A DNA stretch of 64,000 nt. It comes from Chrysemys picta bellii. Lineage: Eukaryota. The stretch covers positions 23,870,001 through 23,934,000 of the forward strand of contig NC_088807.1 in the NCBI RefSeq assembly GCF_011386835.1, given 5' to 3'. The notes under the pieces were generated by a model. That model worked only from the letters and a program-made list of their open reading frames with translations. It had not been told where the DNA came from and searched no databases. Shown here one piece after another: positions 36,523 through 48,860 of this stretch; within the stretch, counting starts at the first letter, position 1; each line of letters begins with the position of its first letter. Both the position numbers and the translations under genes were made by a program.

Positions 36523-39500
36523 ATGGAAGAGGAGGAGAATCCACCTCCCCCGGCACCAGAGGATCCAGTGGGGGGCAGTGAGGAGCAGGGGCGGCCAAGC
36601 GATGCCCCCCCGGACAGGGAGCCGCGTCAGCCGGGTGCTCTGTGCACTGGACAAGTCATCGTGCTGGTAAGATCCATGGCTCTGTGCTGCCCACCCAGTT
36701 CCAGGGGCCTGGCATGGTGCAGCCGCATCTGGGGGACACAACTGTTGCTGGATGGGATGTGGTGGGGGAACTATGGGTCCCAGCATGCTCTGCTGCCTCG
36801 CGCTCAGTGTGTGGGGCCTGGAAACTGCGGGTCCCAGCATGCACTGCTCCCTCGCCCTCAGTGTGTGGGGCCTGGGAACTGCGGGTCCCAGCATGCACTG
36901 CTCTCTCGCGCTCAGTGTGTGGGGCCTGGGAACTATGGGTCCCAGCATGCACTGCTCCCTCGCCCTCAGTGTGTGGGGCCTGGGAACTGCGGGTCCCAGC
37001 ATGCACTGCTCTCTCGCGCTCAGTGTGTGGGGCCTGGGAACTGCGGGTCCCAGCATGCACTGCTCTCTCGCGCTCAGTGTGTGGGGCCTGGGAACTGCGG
37101 GTCCCAGCATGCACTGCTCTCTCGCGCTCAGTGTGTGGGGCCTGGGAACTGCGGGTCCCAGCATGCACTGCTCCCTCGCGCTCAGTGTGTGGGGCCTGGG
37201 GACTGCGGGTCCCAGCATGCACTGCTCCCTCGCGCTCAGTGTGTGGGGCCTGGGAACTGCGGGTCCCAGCATGCACTGCTCCCTCGCCCTCAGTGTGTGG
37301 GGCCTGGGAAATGTGGGTCCCAGCATGCACTGCTCCCTCGCGCTCAGTGTGTGGGGCCTGGGAACTACTGGTCCCAGCATGCACTGCTCCCTCGCCCTCA
37401 GTGTGTGGGGACTATGGGTCCCAGCATCTACTGCTCCCTTGTACTCAGTGTCTGGAAGGCCCTGGGGACTGCAGATCCCAGCATGCACTGCTCCCTCGCC
37501 CTCAGTGTGTGGGGCCTGGGAACTACGGGTCCCAGCATGCACTGCTCCGCTCCACTTCTGCTGAGGTGGGGTCCCATTTTGGGGTGATCCTGGTACCTCC
37601 CTTTGCGCTGGGCGTTCCTTGCCTGGGGCGCCTCCAGTGGGTGGAGGCTGGGCCAGGGGACAGCCCGTCCGGTGTTCCCAGCCCAGCTTGGGACGCGCTT
37701 TGGGGGTTGGCTGGAGAGCCCCGGCTAACCGACCCCCTCTCTCAGCAGAAGGCCTTGCAGCAGGTGGTGAGCGGCAGCTTCCAGAGCGAGCGGCCGGGCC
37801 AGGCTGGCGAGAAAGGTATGGACCAGGACACGGCGGGGTGGGGGCCCGGGGACAACCAACCTCGCAGCCGGGGATCGGGTCCAGCCCTGAATCTGGGACA
37901 CCCAGCCTCTGCCCCCTTTGTGAGCCAGACCTAATGGCTTCCCCATCTGCACCCCCGGGGTATGGGACAGGGGCACCCCCGGCCACGGGCCCGAGAGCAG
38001 CGGGGCCGACCCTCTGTCCCTGTTGCAGATGCGGAGAGGAAGAAGATGAGCCGGAAGAAATGGTGCCGGAACCCCCGGGCGGTTGGATCTGGCAGTGGCA
38101 AGGGGGGCACCGGGGACCCCATGGGCACATGTGACCGGAGCAGCACCGTGAGTGACCCTGATCAGCCTGAACCCCCAGCACGTGGGAACTAGGGGCGCCA
38201 GCCGCCCTTGTGCTCAGTGTGCCAGCCGCTGGGAACTGTGGGTCCCAGCATGCACTGCTCCCTCAGCTCCATGTGTGTATATCCGGGTCCCAGCATGCAC
38301 TGCTCCCTCAGCTCCGTGCACCCAGCATGCACTGCTCCCTCAGCTCCATGTGTGCGAATCCGGGTCCCAGCATGCACTGCTCCCTCAGCTCCATGCACCC
38401 AGCATGCACTGCTCCCTCAGCTCCATGTGTGTGGATCCGGGTCCCAACATGCACTGCTCCCTCAGCTCCATGCCTCCGAATCCAGGTCCCAGCATGCACT
38501 GCGCCCTCAGCTCCATGCACCCAGCATGCACTGCTCCCTCAGCTCCATGTGTGCGAATCCGGGTCCCAGCATGCACTGCTCCCTCAGCTCCATGCACCCA
38601 GCATGCACTGCTCCCTCAGCTCCATGTGTGTGGATCCGGGTCCCAACATGCACTGCTCCCTCAGCTCCATGCCTCCGAATCCAGGTCCCAGCATGCACTG
38701 CGCCCTCAGCTCCATGCACCCAGCATGCACTGCTCCCTCAGCTCCATGTGTGCGAATCCGGGTCCCAGCATGCACTGCTCCCTCAGCTCCATGCACCCAG
38801 CATGCACTGCTCCCTCAGCTCCATGCGTGCGGATCCAGGTCCCAGCATGCACTGCTCCCTCAGCTCCATGCGTGTGGATCCGGGTCCCAGCATGCACTGC
38901 TCCCTCAGCTCCATGCGTGCGGATCCGGGTCCCAGCATGCACTGCTCCCTCAGCTCCATGCGTGCGGATCCAGGTCCCAGCATGCACTGCTCCCTCAGCT
39001 CCATGCGTGCGGATCCAGGTCCCAGCATGCACTGCTCCCTCAGCTCCATGCGTGCGGATCCAGCTCCCAGCATGCACTGCTCCCTCAGCTCCATGCGTGT
39101 GGAGACAGGTCCCAGCATGCACTGCTCCTTCAGCTCCCTGTCTGCGAATCCAGCTCCCAGCATGCACTGCTCCCTCAGCTCCATGCGTGTGGAGACAGGT
39201 CCCAGCATGCACTGCTCCTTCAGCTCCCTGTCTGCGAATCCAGCTCCCAGCATGCACTGCTCCCTCAGCTCCATGTCTGCGAATCCAGCTCCCAGCATGC
39301 ACTGCTCCCTCAGCTCCGTGCACCCAGCATGCACTGCTCCCTCAGCTCCATGCCTGTGGATCCGGGTCCCAGCATGCACTGCGCCCTCAGCTCCATGCGT
39401 GCGGATCCAGGTCCCAGCATGCACTGCGCCCTCAGCTCCATGCGTGCGGATCCAGGTCCCAGCATGCCCTGCTCCTTCAGCTCCATGTGTGCGAATCCAG

Positions 39501-42500
39501 GTCCCAGCATGCACTGCTCCCTCAGCTCCATGTCTGCGAATCCAGGTCCCAGCATGCACTGCTCCCTCAGCTCCATGCGTGTGGAGACAGGTCCCAGCAT
39601 GCACTGCTCCCTCAGCGCCATGCGTGTGGAGACAGGTCCCAGCATGCACTGCGCCCTCAGCTCCATGCACCCAGCATGCACTGCTCCCTCAGCTCCATGC
39701 GTGTGGAGACAGGTCCCAGCATGCACTGCTCCCTCAGCGCCATGCGTGTGGAGACAGGTCCCAGCATGCACTGCGCCCTCAGCTCCATGCACCCAGCATG
39801 CACTGCTCCCTCAGCTCCATGCGTGTGGAGACAGGTCCCAGCATGCACTGCTCCTTCAGCTCCCTGTCTGCGAATCCAGCTCCCAGCATGCACTGCTCCC
39901 TCAGCTCCATGTCTGCGAATCCAGGTCCCAGCATGCACTGCTCCCTTAGCTCCATGTCTGCGAATCCAGCTCTCAGCATGCACTGCTCCCTCAGCTCCAT
40001 GCGTGTGGAGACAGGTCCCAGCATGCACTGCTCCCTCAGCTCCATGTCTGCGAATCCAGGTCCCAGCATGCACTGCTCCCTCAGCTCCATGTCTGCGAAT
40101 CCAGGTCCCAGCATGCACTGCTCCCTTAGCTCCATGTGTGCGAATCCAGCTCCCAGCATGCACTGCTCCCTCAGCTCCATGCACCCAGCATGCACTGCTC
40201 CCTCAGCTCCATGCGTGTGGAGACAGGTCCCAGCATGCACTGCTCCCTGAGCTCCCTGTCTGCGAATCCAGCTCCCAGCATGCACTGCTCCCTCAGCTCC
40301 ATGTCTGCGAATCCAGCTCCCAGCATGCACTGCTCCCTCAGCTCCATGCGTGTGGAGACAGGTCCCAGCATGCACTGCTCCCTCAGCTCCCTGTCTGTGG
40401 ATCCGGGTCCCAGCATGCACTGCTCCCTCAGCTCCATGCCTGTGGATCCGGGTCCCAGCATGCACTGCTCCCTCAGCTCCATGCCTGTGAATCCAGCTCC
40501 CAGCATGCACTGCTCCCTCAGCTCCATGCCTGCGAATCCAGGTCCCAGCATGCACTGCTCCCTCAGCTCCATGCGTGTGGATCCGGGTCCCAGCATGCAC
40601 TGCTCTTTCCCATCCCAGTGGTGGGGTGCTGTGCATGCTGGGAGCCATGGCCTGGGAAGCCGCTGCAAAGGGGCAACCCTGGGGGCTGTGGTGGGGGAGA
40701 GGGGGCGCCCCCCGCTGGCCCTGCCCAACCTCTGTCATCTTCTCCCCAGGTCCCCGAGGCCCTGGGCCTGTTCTCCGGCCTGGCGGGGGCCCTGCAGTTC
40801 CTGCAGAGGTCGTGTGCCGCCTCCATGCAGACCCGGCTCCTCCTGGGAGACGAGGGGCTCCTGGGGCCCCCGGGCATCTGGTAAGGGCAGGTCCCCTGCA
40901 CCCCAGCTGGGGGGGACATCTGAGGAATGGGGTCACAGCGGGGGAGCTGGGATCCCGGACTCCTGGGTTCCATCCCTGGCTGTGGGAGGGGAGTGGGGGG
41001 CTCGTGGTTGGAGAAAGGGACTGTCAGAGGGGCTAAGGCGTGGGGGTGGGGGGCCGAGGTCTCTCTCTGGTGTGTGACCGGAATGGGGAGGGGTTGTGGA
41101 TGACATGAATTTGCTGGTCTCAGCAGAGGCCCAGTCACGTTACAGAGCCCCATAAGGGGAGGGGCCCCCCCCCAGCCCTCAGGGCGGTGTGCAAAGCCCC
41201 CCTCCAGCTTTGACCGGCCTCTCCTCCTCCTGGCAGCGGGGACACGGAGCCGGACGAGGTGGAGCTGGTGGCCGAGGTGCGGCTGGGGGACGTGGCTGCT
41301 GCGTCCGGCATCTTCAGGAGAGAGCGGGCCTGGAGAGTGCACAAATCAGGTAGGGACGGGGGTGGGGAGGACAGGCCATGGGGCCTGTCCCCTCTAGGAG
41401 GCGCTGGCTCCCACCCGGCCCCAGGGCGGGGACTGGCTGGCTCAGGGGGTCGGGGAATGGGGCACGGGGCCTGTCCCCTCTAGGAGGCGCCATCTCCCAC
41501 CCGGCCCCAGGGCGGGGACTGGCTGGCTCTGGGGGACAGGGAACAGGACATGGGGCCTGTCCCCTCTAGGGGGCGCCGGCTCCCACCCGGCCCCAGGGCG
41601 GGGACTGGCTGGCTCTGGGGGACAGGGAACAGGACATGGGGCCTGTCCCCTCTAGGGGGCGCCGTCTCCCATCCAACCCCAGGGCGGGGACTGGCTGGCT
41701 CTGGGGGACAGGGAACAGGACATGGGGCCTGTCCCCTCCAGGAGGCGCCGTCTCCCATCCAACCCCAGGGCGGGGACTGGCTGGCTCCGGGGGGCAGGGA
41801 ATGGGACATGGGGCCTGTCCCCTCTAGGAGCATGCGAGATGATTGGTGGTGGTGGGGGGGGGGGTACCAGGCTGGTCCCATTGCCACCCCCATCCCTCCT
41901 CTTTGCATTTCCCTGCAGTCTCCCTGCCCAGCCCCTCGGCCCTGCGCTGGAGAGGAGCCGGCAGCCTCCCCGTTGCCCTGGCCCCGCCTTCCGGCCCCCT
42001 GGACCTTAAGTGGCCACACAGGACTCGTGGGGGCGCAGCCCCGCTCCCCGGCACGGGCAGGACTCGGCGCGTCCCCGGCCGCTGGGCGGTGGCCCTGGGC
42101 ACCGGCACGGGGGTCTCCAACGGGCAGCAGCGGCCCCAGGCCCCAGCAGGCAGGGACCCGGAGGCCCAGCGCTCCCAGCCGCCCCCCGCCAGCGCCCTGG
42201 AAAAGGCCGATTCCAGCTCGTCTTCCTCCTCGTCCTGCTCCTCCTCGTCGTCATCCTCCTCCTCCCAGCAGGCGGCGCCCCCCGGGGGCGGGGACAGCAA
42301 CCTCTGCCCCCTGCGCTCGCCAGACTTGGATATTTATGATCCCTTCCACCCCACGGACGAGGACAACCCCGGTGGAGACTTCGGCTACGCGGCCTCGCCC
42401 GGCAAGCAGCAGGACCAGAAATACGACCCCTTCGACCCCACTGGGTCCAACCCCAGCTCCTCCCGCAGCAGCCCCTCCCCCGACGAGGAGGAGGAAGACG

Positions 42501-45500
42501 AGGAGGAGGAAGACGAGGACGACGCGGCCGCCCCCCGGCCCGACATGTCCCACAGCATCAGCCGCATCTCGGAGACCCTGGCCGGCATTTACGACGAGAA
42601 CAGCTTGAGTCAGGACTTCCCCAGCTCGGAGAAGGGGCGGGAAGAGGCGGAGCCCAGCGAGGCCCCGGTGGCCGGTGGCCGGCGCCCTGAAAAGGAACCG
42701 GCGGCTGGGGCCGACTCCACCCTGCCTGAGGAGGAGAATGCCTCGGAGCAATCGGACGGGGCCCCCGAGCCGCCCCCAGAGCCGCGTCGCCGCGTCTTTG
42801 TGGTGGACCTCGCCAGCAAGAGCCGCTCGGAGGCAGAGGCCAACCCCAAGCTGGAGGGGAAGGTGTCGCTGGAGGTGGTGACGGCCGGAAACCCCAAGGC
42901 GCCGGCACGGGGGGAGAAGGGCCCCAAGGCGGGCCGGCACCGGGGCGGGCGGCGCTCCTCTCTGGACTGGGCCGGTGCCGACTCGGAGATCGAGGAAGGT
43001 GAGATCGTGCAGCCGGAGGACGAACGCTACAGCCCCATCCGTCTCTTCCGCAGCCGGTGCCGGCCGGCTGAGCAGCGCCCCCTGCGGGTGGCGGAGGGGG
43101 ACGACTTCCTGTCTCTCCACGCCGACTCGGACGAGGAGGGGGACTTCGGCGAGAGCCAGCCTGAGCCCCGGTGGAAGGCGGCTGCCGACCTGCGGCGCAA
43201 GATCCTGACGCAGCGCCGTGAGCGGTACCGCCACGACTCCCCCAAGCACTCGGGCTCCAGCTCCGGCTCCCGCAAGAAGGCCAAGCGTTCCCGCGAGCGC
43301 CGGCCCCCCAAGGCCAAGGAGCCCCGCGCTGGCCCTTGGCCCCCCAAGAAGAAATCCAAGTCGCGCTCGAAGTCCAAGGAACGTCGGCGCTCCCGGTCCC
43401 GCCGGCGCGGCTCCCGCTCTCGGTCCCGCCGGCGCGGCTCCCGCTCCTGGTCGCCCTCCCTCAGCACCGGCCTGTCAGCCATGGGCTCGGAGCGGCACCG
43501 GCGGTCGCGGGAGAGGCGGCGGGGCCGACGCTCGCGCTCAGGGAGCCGGGCGCGGCACAAGGAGAAGCACCGGGACGGCGGCAGCGGCAAGAAGAAGAAG
43601 AAGCAACAGCGCTCCCGTTCCCGGGAGAAGCGGCCGCCCCGCGACAAGCAGCGCGAGGTGCACGTCCTGGAGGAGCCCAAGGCAGAGGAGCGCCGGCGGG
43701 ACGCCCGCACCGTCGTGCCGCCCTCCATCCAGGACCTCAACGACACCGACCTGTTCACCATCAAGAGGACCATCACGGTCAGCCGGCAGGACGGCTCCCC
43801 GGAGCCAGCCAAGCGGGAGGTGCTCTACGACTCGGAGGGGCTGAGCTTCGAGGGCTGCTTCTCAGACCGCGAGCCCGCTGAGGGGCCCCGGCACCTGGGC
43901 GGCAAGGGCGAAGGGGGGCCGCCCCGCAAGGAGCGGCTGGAGGAGGAGGCCAAGCCGCCCAAGGAGAAGGAGCGGAAGCGGGGGTACCCGGAGGAGCGCC
44001 CCGCGCCCCGCGAGAAGTCCAAGAAGAGGTTCAAGGAGGCGCCGGGCCGGTCGGCGCCCGAGGCGGGCAAGGCGGAGAAGGAGAAGTCGCGGCCGGAGCG
44101 GGAGAAGCCCCCCCGGAAAGCCAAGGCTGGGCACAAGGACAGCAGCAAGGCGGGCAGCTCGGGCCGCAAGGTCAAGCTGCAGTCCAAGGTGGCGGTGCTG
44201 ATCCGCGAGGGCGTCAGCAGCACCACGGTCTCCGGCAAGGAAGGGGGCTCCATCGGCATCAAATTCAGCCGGGACAAGGAGAGCCGCTCGCCCTTCCTCA
44301 AGCCGGAGGAGAAGGGGCCCGGGGCCGACGCCAAGGCGGAGCCGGCCAAGGAGCCGGGCGTGAAGGCCAAGAAGGTCAAGGGGCTGAAGGCCAAGGCAGG
44401 GCTGAAGAAGGCCAAGGGGCCGGGGGCCAAGACCAAGGGGCCCTCGGAGGCCAAGAAGAAGAAGAAGATGAAAGCCAAGACGGGGCTGAAGAAGTCAAAG
44501 GCGGATAGCTGCAGCCAGGGGGCCGGGAGCCCGCCCGCTCCCGCCCCAGAGCCGACGGGGGGCTCCGGCTCCCCACTCAGCCCCCCGCCCAAGCCGCCGC
44601 CCGCCCCGGCCGAACAGGAACTGACCCCCGACTCGCAGACGGTGGACAGCAGCTGCAAGACGCCCGACGTCTCCTTCCTGCCCGAGGAGGCGGCCGTGCC
44701 TGTGCCCGGCGAGCAGCAGAGGACGCCGGCGGGCGAGCCCCAGGCCGACAGCCTCTCCGAGCCCAAGGAGGAGCCCGCCCGCGCCCCGCCCCCGGCCCCC
44801 ATGGCCTGGAACTTGCAGGGGGGTGTGGACTGCACCACGAGCGGCGTCCTGGCACGTAGGTGACGGGGAGAGGGGTGCTCCCAGGGGGCTGGCTGGGTTG
44901 TGGGGGGCGGAGGGGGAGCTCCCGGCCGGGATGGGGGAGGCAGGGCATGGGGGTTGGGTCCCCCAGTGCATGGGGGGTCGTGGGGGAAGCAGTGGGGTGA
45001 GGGCCACCCCAGCTCTGACACCCCCCTCCCCCCCCCGCCGTCTCTCACCCAGTGACCGCCCTGCTCTTCAAGATGGAGGAAGCCAACCTCGCGAGCCGGG
45101 CCAAGGCCCATGAACTGATCCAGGCCACCAACCAGGTAGGGGGCGCTCTCCCCGGCCGGCAGGGCTGGGCCCGGTGCCCCCGTGTGACGCTATGGGGCGC
45201 TGTGCTGCAGGGAGCGGGGCAGGGCAGTAGGGGGCGCTGTGCTGCAGGGAGTGGGGCAGGACAGTAGGGGGCACTCTCCCCGGCCGGCGGGGCTGGGCCC
45301 GGTGCCCCTGTGTGATGCTAGGGGGCGCTGTGCTGCAGGGAGTGGGGCGGGGCTCAATAAGGGGTGCTCTCCCCGGCCATGTCATGACACCAATTTGCTC
45401 ACTGAGCCGAAAGTTGGCCTGGGAACCCCGGCGTCCTGGCTGAAGGCCCACATGGGGGATTGTCTGCTCCCAATCCCTGTCTACCCAGCCCCCCCGCTCT

Positions 45501-46520
45501 CCCCCCCCAGAGAGGCCCCGTCTCCACATTGGGCAAGGGGACCCCAGCTACCCAGCCCCCCCGGAGGGGCCGCATCCTAGCACCGGGCGAGGGGTCCCTG
45601 GCTGCCCCACCCCAGTGCTGGGGCCCCCGGCTGAGACTAATCACCTTCTCTCCCCCTAGATCCTGAGTCACACCAAACCCTCCACGTCCTTGGCGGGCTC
45701 CCAGGCGCCCGCGCCGCCCCCCACCCACACGGCCGCCCCTTACCTGCTGCACAGCTCCCTGCCCCTGGTGGGCTGCAGCTCCACCCCCCCGACCCCCACC
45801 GGGCTGCCTGGCCCCCTCGGCCCGGGCTCGGCGGGCGCTGGCAGCGGGACGCTCTTCGGCACCGGCTCCGGCAGCGACCTGGGCAAGCGGGACGGGAGCA
45901 CCAGCTCCGACGGGCGCGGGGACACGGATAAGGTTAGTGTGTGTGTGGGGGGATGTTTGAGCACTGAGGAGGGGGCCAAGGCTGGGCAGGGTCCCACCAT
46001 GCCCTGGGGAGGTCGTGAGCTTGGCAGCAATGGTGGTGGTGGTGGGGGGGGGGGGTCTGTCCCAGGCTGTGAGATGGGGGGGCCCCTCCCCGGTGTGCTG
46101 ACCCCTGCTCCCCCCCCCCCCAGTACCTGAAGAAGCTGCACACGCAGGAGCGGGCGGTGGAGGAGGTGAAGCTGGCCATCAAGCCCTACTACCAGAAGAA
46201 GGAGATCACCAAGGAGGAATACAAGGACATCCTGCGCAAAGCCGTGCACAAGGTGGGGCGGCGGGGCACCGGCGGGGCTGGGGGCCTGAGGCTTGGTGCC
46301 CCCCACCCTCACTGACGCCCGTTGTGTCGTGTCCCCCCCCCAGATCTGCCACAGCAGGAGCGGGGAAATCAACCCGGTGAAGGTGAACAACCTGGTACGG
46401 GCGTACGTTCAGCGTTACAAGTACTTCCGGAAACACGGCCGCCGCATGGAGGAGGAGCCGGGGGGCCCCAAGGACCTGGGGGGGCTGGACAAGGCCTCGC
46501 TACCCATGCCCCCCCTCTGA
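36523..46520 (+). CDS. SCAF1: SR-related CTD-associated factor 1 (SR-A1), about 1390 aa, apparently intact
   Basis: Coding exons 36523-36666, 37749-37815 (NAGNAG alternative start 37746), 38029-38147, 40750-40880, 41237-41349, 41919-44855, 45053-45135, 45660-45932, 46124-46252, 46344-46520; 4173 nt, in frame. Conserved blocks [21 protein letters not shown], an RS domain, [38 protein letters not shown] and the C-terminal [47 protein letters not shown] domain. Confidence 0.94.
36765..37550 (+). repeat. 54-bp tandem repeat containing ACT(G/A)CGGGTCCCAGCATGCACTGC, SCAF1 intron 2
   Basis: 12 in-register copies (18-codon period in ORF 36523..37587) plus 2-3 degenerate ones. Confidence 0.92.
38235..40610 (+). 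repeat. 45-bp/32-bp tandem repeat containing CCCAGCATGCACTGC, SCAF1 intron 4
   Basis: About 55 copies, estimated from length divided by unit size; higher-order blocks are visible (for example a ~199-bp repeat at 38310-38800). Confidence 0.93.
41375..41830 (+). repeat. 86-bp tandem repeat carrying a CTCF-like motif (CCTCTAGGGGGCGC), SCAF1 intron 6
   Basis: Motif copies start at 41391, 41477, 41563, 41649, 41735 and (truncated) 41821. Related monomers lie near 3640-3740, 13465-13580, 36195-36230 and 54040-54710. Confidence 0.85.
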
Positions 46521-47264
46521 GCCCGGCGGGGGGCCCACCCCCCCATCTCCGTCTCTAGCTAACTCGGACCCCCTTATGCAAAGGGAAGGGAGGCGCTCGT
46601 GACCTCCCCCCAGCCCCCCCAGACTCTGAATGGTTTTAAACAGGAACAGTTTTATTCTGTACATATGGCTGGGCTGGACTTGGGGAGGGGGGGGCGGGCC
46701 TGGCTGGGGGGGGCCTGTGCGTGGGCTGCTGTCCCCCCGACTTCGCCCATTTTACTCATGTTAGCATGTTTTTATTTGGATTCCTCCCCCTGGGGAATGG
46801 GGGGACCTTCTCATCCAGCCCCCCTCGACCCCCAGCTCTCCTGGTGCAGATGCCCCCCATCTCTGTATCTCCCTTTCTGTCTCTTCATAAACTGCGTTAG
46901 CCACTTACCTCTGGATTTTCTTCTTGGGGCGGGGGACACGTGTGATACCAGGTCTGGGGGGCTGGCACTAGGGGGCAGGGTTGGGGGCTGCCCCCCAGCC
47001 AAGGCACAAGGAGTCCCCCTAAACCCCACCCTTTCCTGGAGCAGGTTCTCTCTGCTGCCCCCTGGGGAGACATCAGCCCCCGCACTCACTCCAGAGGGGC
47101 CACATCCCATCCAGGGGTCCCCATAGAACCAGCCCCCGTGCCCCACCCCAGAGCAGTTCCCGGACAAATGGGGGAGGGGCATGTCCCCATGGAGCTAGCG
47201 GGTAGGGGCGCCCTCCGACGCTGGGGGCGTGGGGGAAGCCGAGCTGGGAACGGGAGATGATGGG

Positions 47265-48165
47265 AAAGCGACGCTGCTCCCAGCCAGCTTCGCTCCCGTC
47301 TTCCTAGCGACGTTACCCCAGGGGACGGGACGCAGAGCGGGACAAGTCCGAGATCTTCGGACCAATCGGAATGAATTCAAGTCGGGGGGGCCGGGGGCAA
47401 AGAAACCTCGGAGCCACTGTGGTGATAACGGCAAACTCCCAGATGACAGGAGAGTCCCGGAAGCCTGGAGAAGGGCCAACGCGGTGCCCGTCTTTAGAAA
47501 GGGGCAAAAGGAGGCGCCGGGGAACTCGACCAGTCAGCCAGACTTTGATCCCTGGGAAAACCTTCAATTTGCGAACGGCTGGAGGACAAAGGGCTGATGG
47601 CCAGCAGCCAGCATGGAGTCACCAGGAACCGACCCTGCCAAGGCAGCTCGATTTCCGTCTCTGGCGCGGTAACCGCTTCGGTGGCTGGGGGAACGCGGTG
47701 GACATCATCTACCTGGACTTTAGCAAGGCTTTGACCCACATGACAACCCGCCGAGGAAGCCGGAGAAATGCGGGATCCGGAATTGGTTAAACAAGTGGCT
47801 AGGAATGGAATGAGGGAGTGGGGTCGTCGGCTGTGGGACTCGAGGGCAGGTGCCTCCAGTCTGCTGCTGACCCGAAACTGGGAGGTTGCCAACACCTTGG
47901 AGGATGGAGCTACGGTTCAGAGGGATCTTGATAAATGGGAGAACTGGGCTCTAGCCGACAAACCGAAATTCAGCAGAGACAAGTGTCAGGTGCTGCGCTG
48001 AGGGAACAAAACCCCGCTGCACCAATACAGAAGCGGGGGGGAACTGGCTTGGCAGTGGCCCTGCGGAGAAGAAGCTGGGGCAGATCCCGGCCTCAACGTG
48101 AGTCAGCAACGCGATGCTGTTGCAAAAGAAAAAGCAAATGCAGGTTTGGGTTTGCATTACCAGAG
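47265..48165 (+). mobile_element. Degenerate CR1 LINE reverse-transcriptase fragment between SCAF1 and IRF3
   Basis: Remnant translations SFAPVF, VPEAWRRANAVPVFRKGQKEAPGN, VDIIYLDFSKA, TVQRDLDKWENWA, KFSRDKCQVL and NVSQQRDAVA are typical of CR1 ORF2. Confidence 0.85.
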
Positions 48166-48599
48166 CACAGCCGGCGCTCGCACGCGCAGCGTTCATGCCT
48201 GGCGCACAACTCGGATTTTCTGCACAGACAGTGTGGGGCACATGGGGCTACTGGGGGGGGTGTCACAAACTGGGCTTCAGAAGGGCTACTGGGAGGGACA
48301 TGGGTGGGGGTTCAGGAGCTAGTGGGGTGACAGCATTGGGCTGAATGGGGGGGTGCAGGGACACCTAGGATTGGGGGCAGATGTGCCTGACTGGATGGGA
48401 GAGTCTAGGGGGTCAGTCATGGTCTGCCTGGGGGAGCCTCCCCAACTCCCTAACAATCTACCTGCCCCCCCCGCAAACCCTGTTCCATATTTTTCCCACC
48501 CGCAACCCTCCAGGTTCACTCACAGGCTCCTTCCCTCTCCCTCCGCTCCTCCGACCCCTGGCGCGGCGGGAAATACGGCTCTCTCGTGTAGTTGAATCG

Positions 48600-48860
48600 A
48601 ATTTACTCACATTTCTGTGTTAATTTGCTGAGTAAGGAATCTATTTGTCAAAAAAAAACATTTCCCGAGTCCTTTTTCTTTTTGGTGTGTGTCTGTATTG
48701 TTACAGACGGACTTGCTGCCCGGTATTTTGAAATAAATGACGAAAATCGGTGAAAGTGGAGTGATTACAGAGTGTTATTTTGACAAATAAAACCAGGCAG
48801 AATTGGAAAACACGGGGCGCGGAATCGTTAATGGTTCGGCGCAGAATTCCCCCTGGGGGT
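48600..48860. mobile_element. Possible non-autonomous DNA-transposon remnant
   Basis: AT-rich island ending ...TTTTGACAAATAAAA...GCAGAATT...GGCGCAGAATTCCCCCTGGGG, which resembles a repeat terminus I recall from turtle genomes. No TSD or second TIR was confirmed. Confidence 0.35.

Noticed and set aside
36765-40610. CRISPR-like appearance (conserved repeat with variable intervening sequence)
   Set aside because: The intervening parts are near-identical variants rather than unique spacers, there are no cas genes, and the context is a spliced vertebrate gene.
38152-40884. 910-aa ORF and overlapping 680-, 579- and 385-aa ORFs
   Set aside because: They are translations of a stop-poor 45/32-bp minisatellite inside a SCAF1 intron bounded by good splice sites. 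Only the last 44 codons are a real SCAF1 exon.
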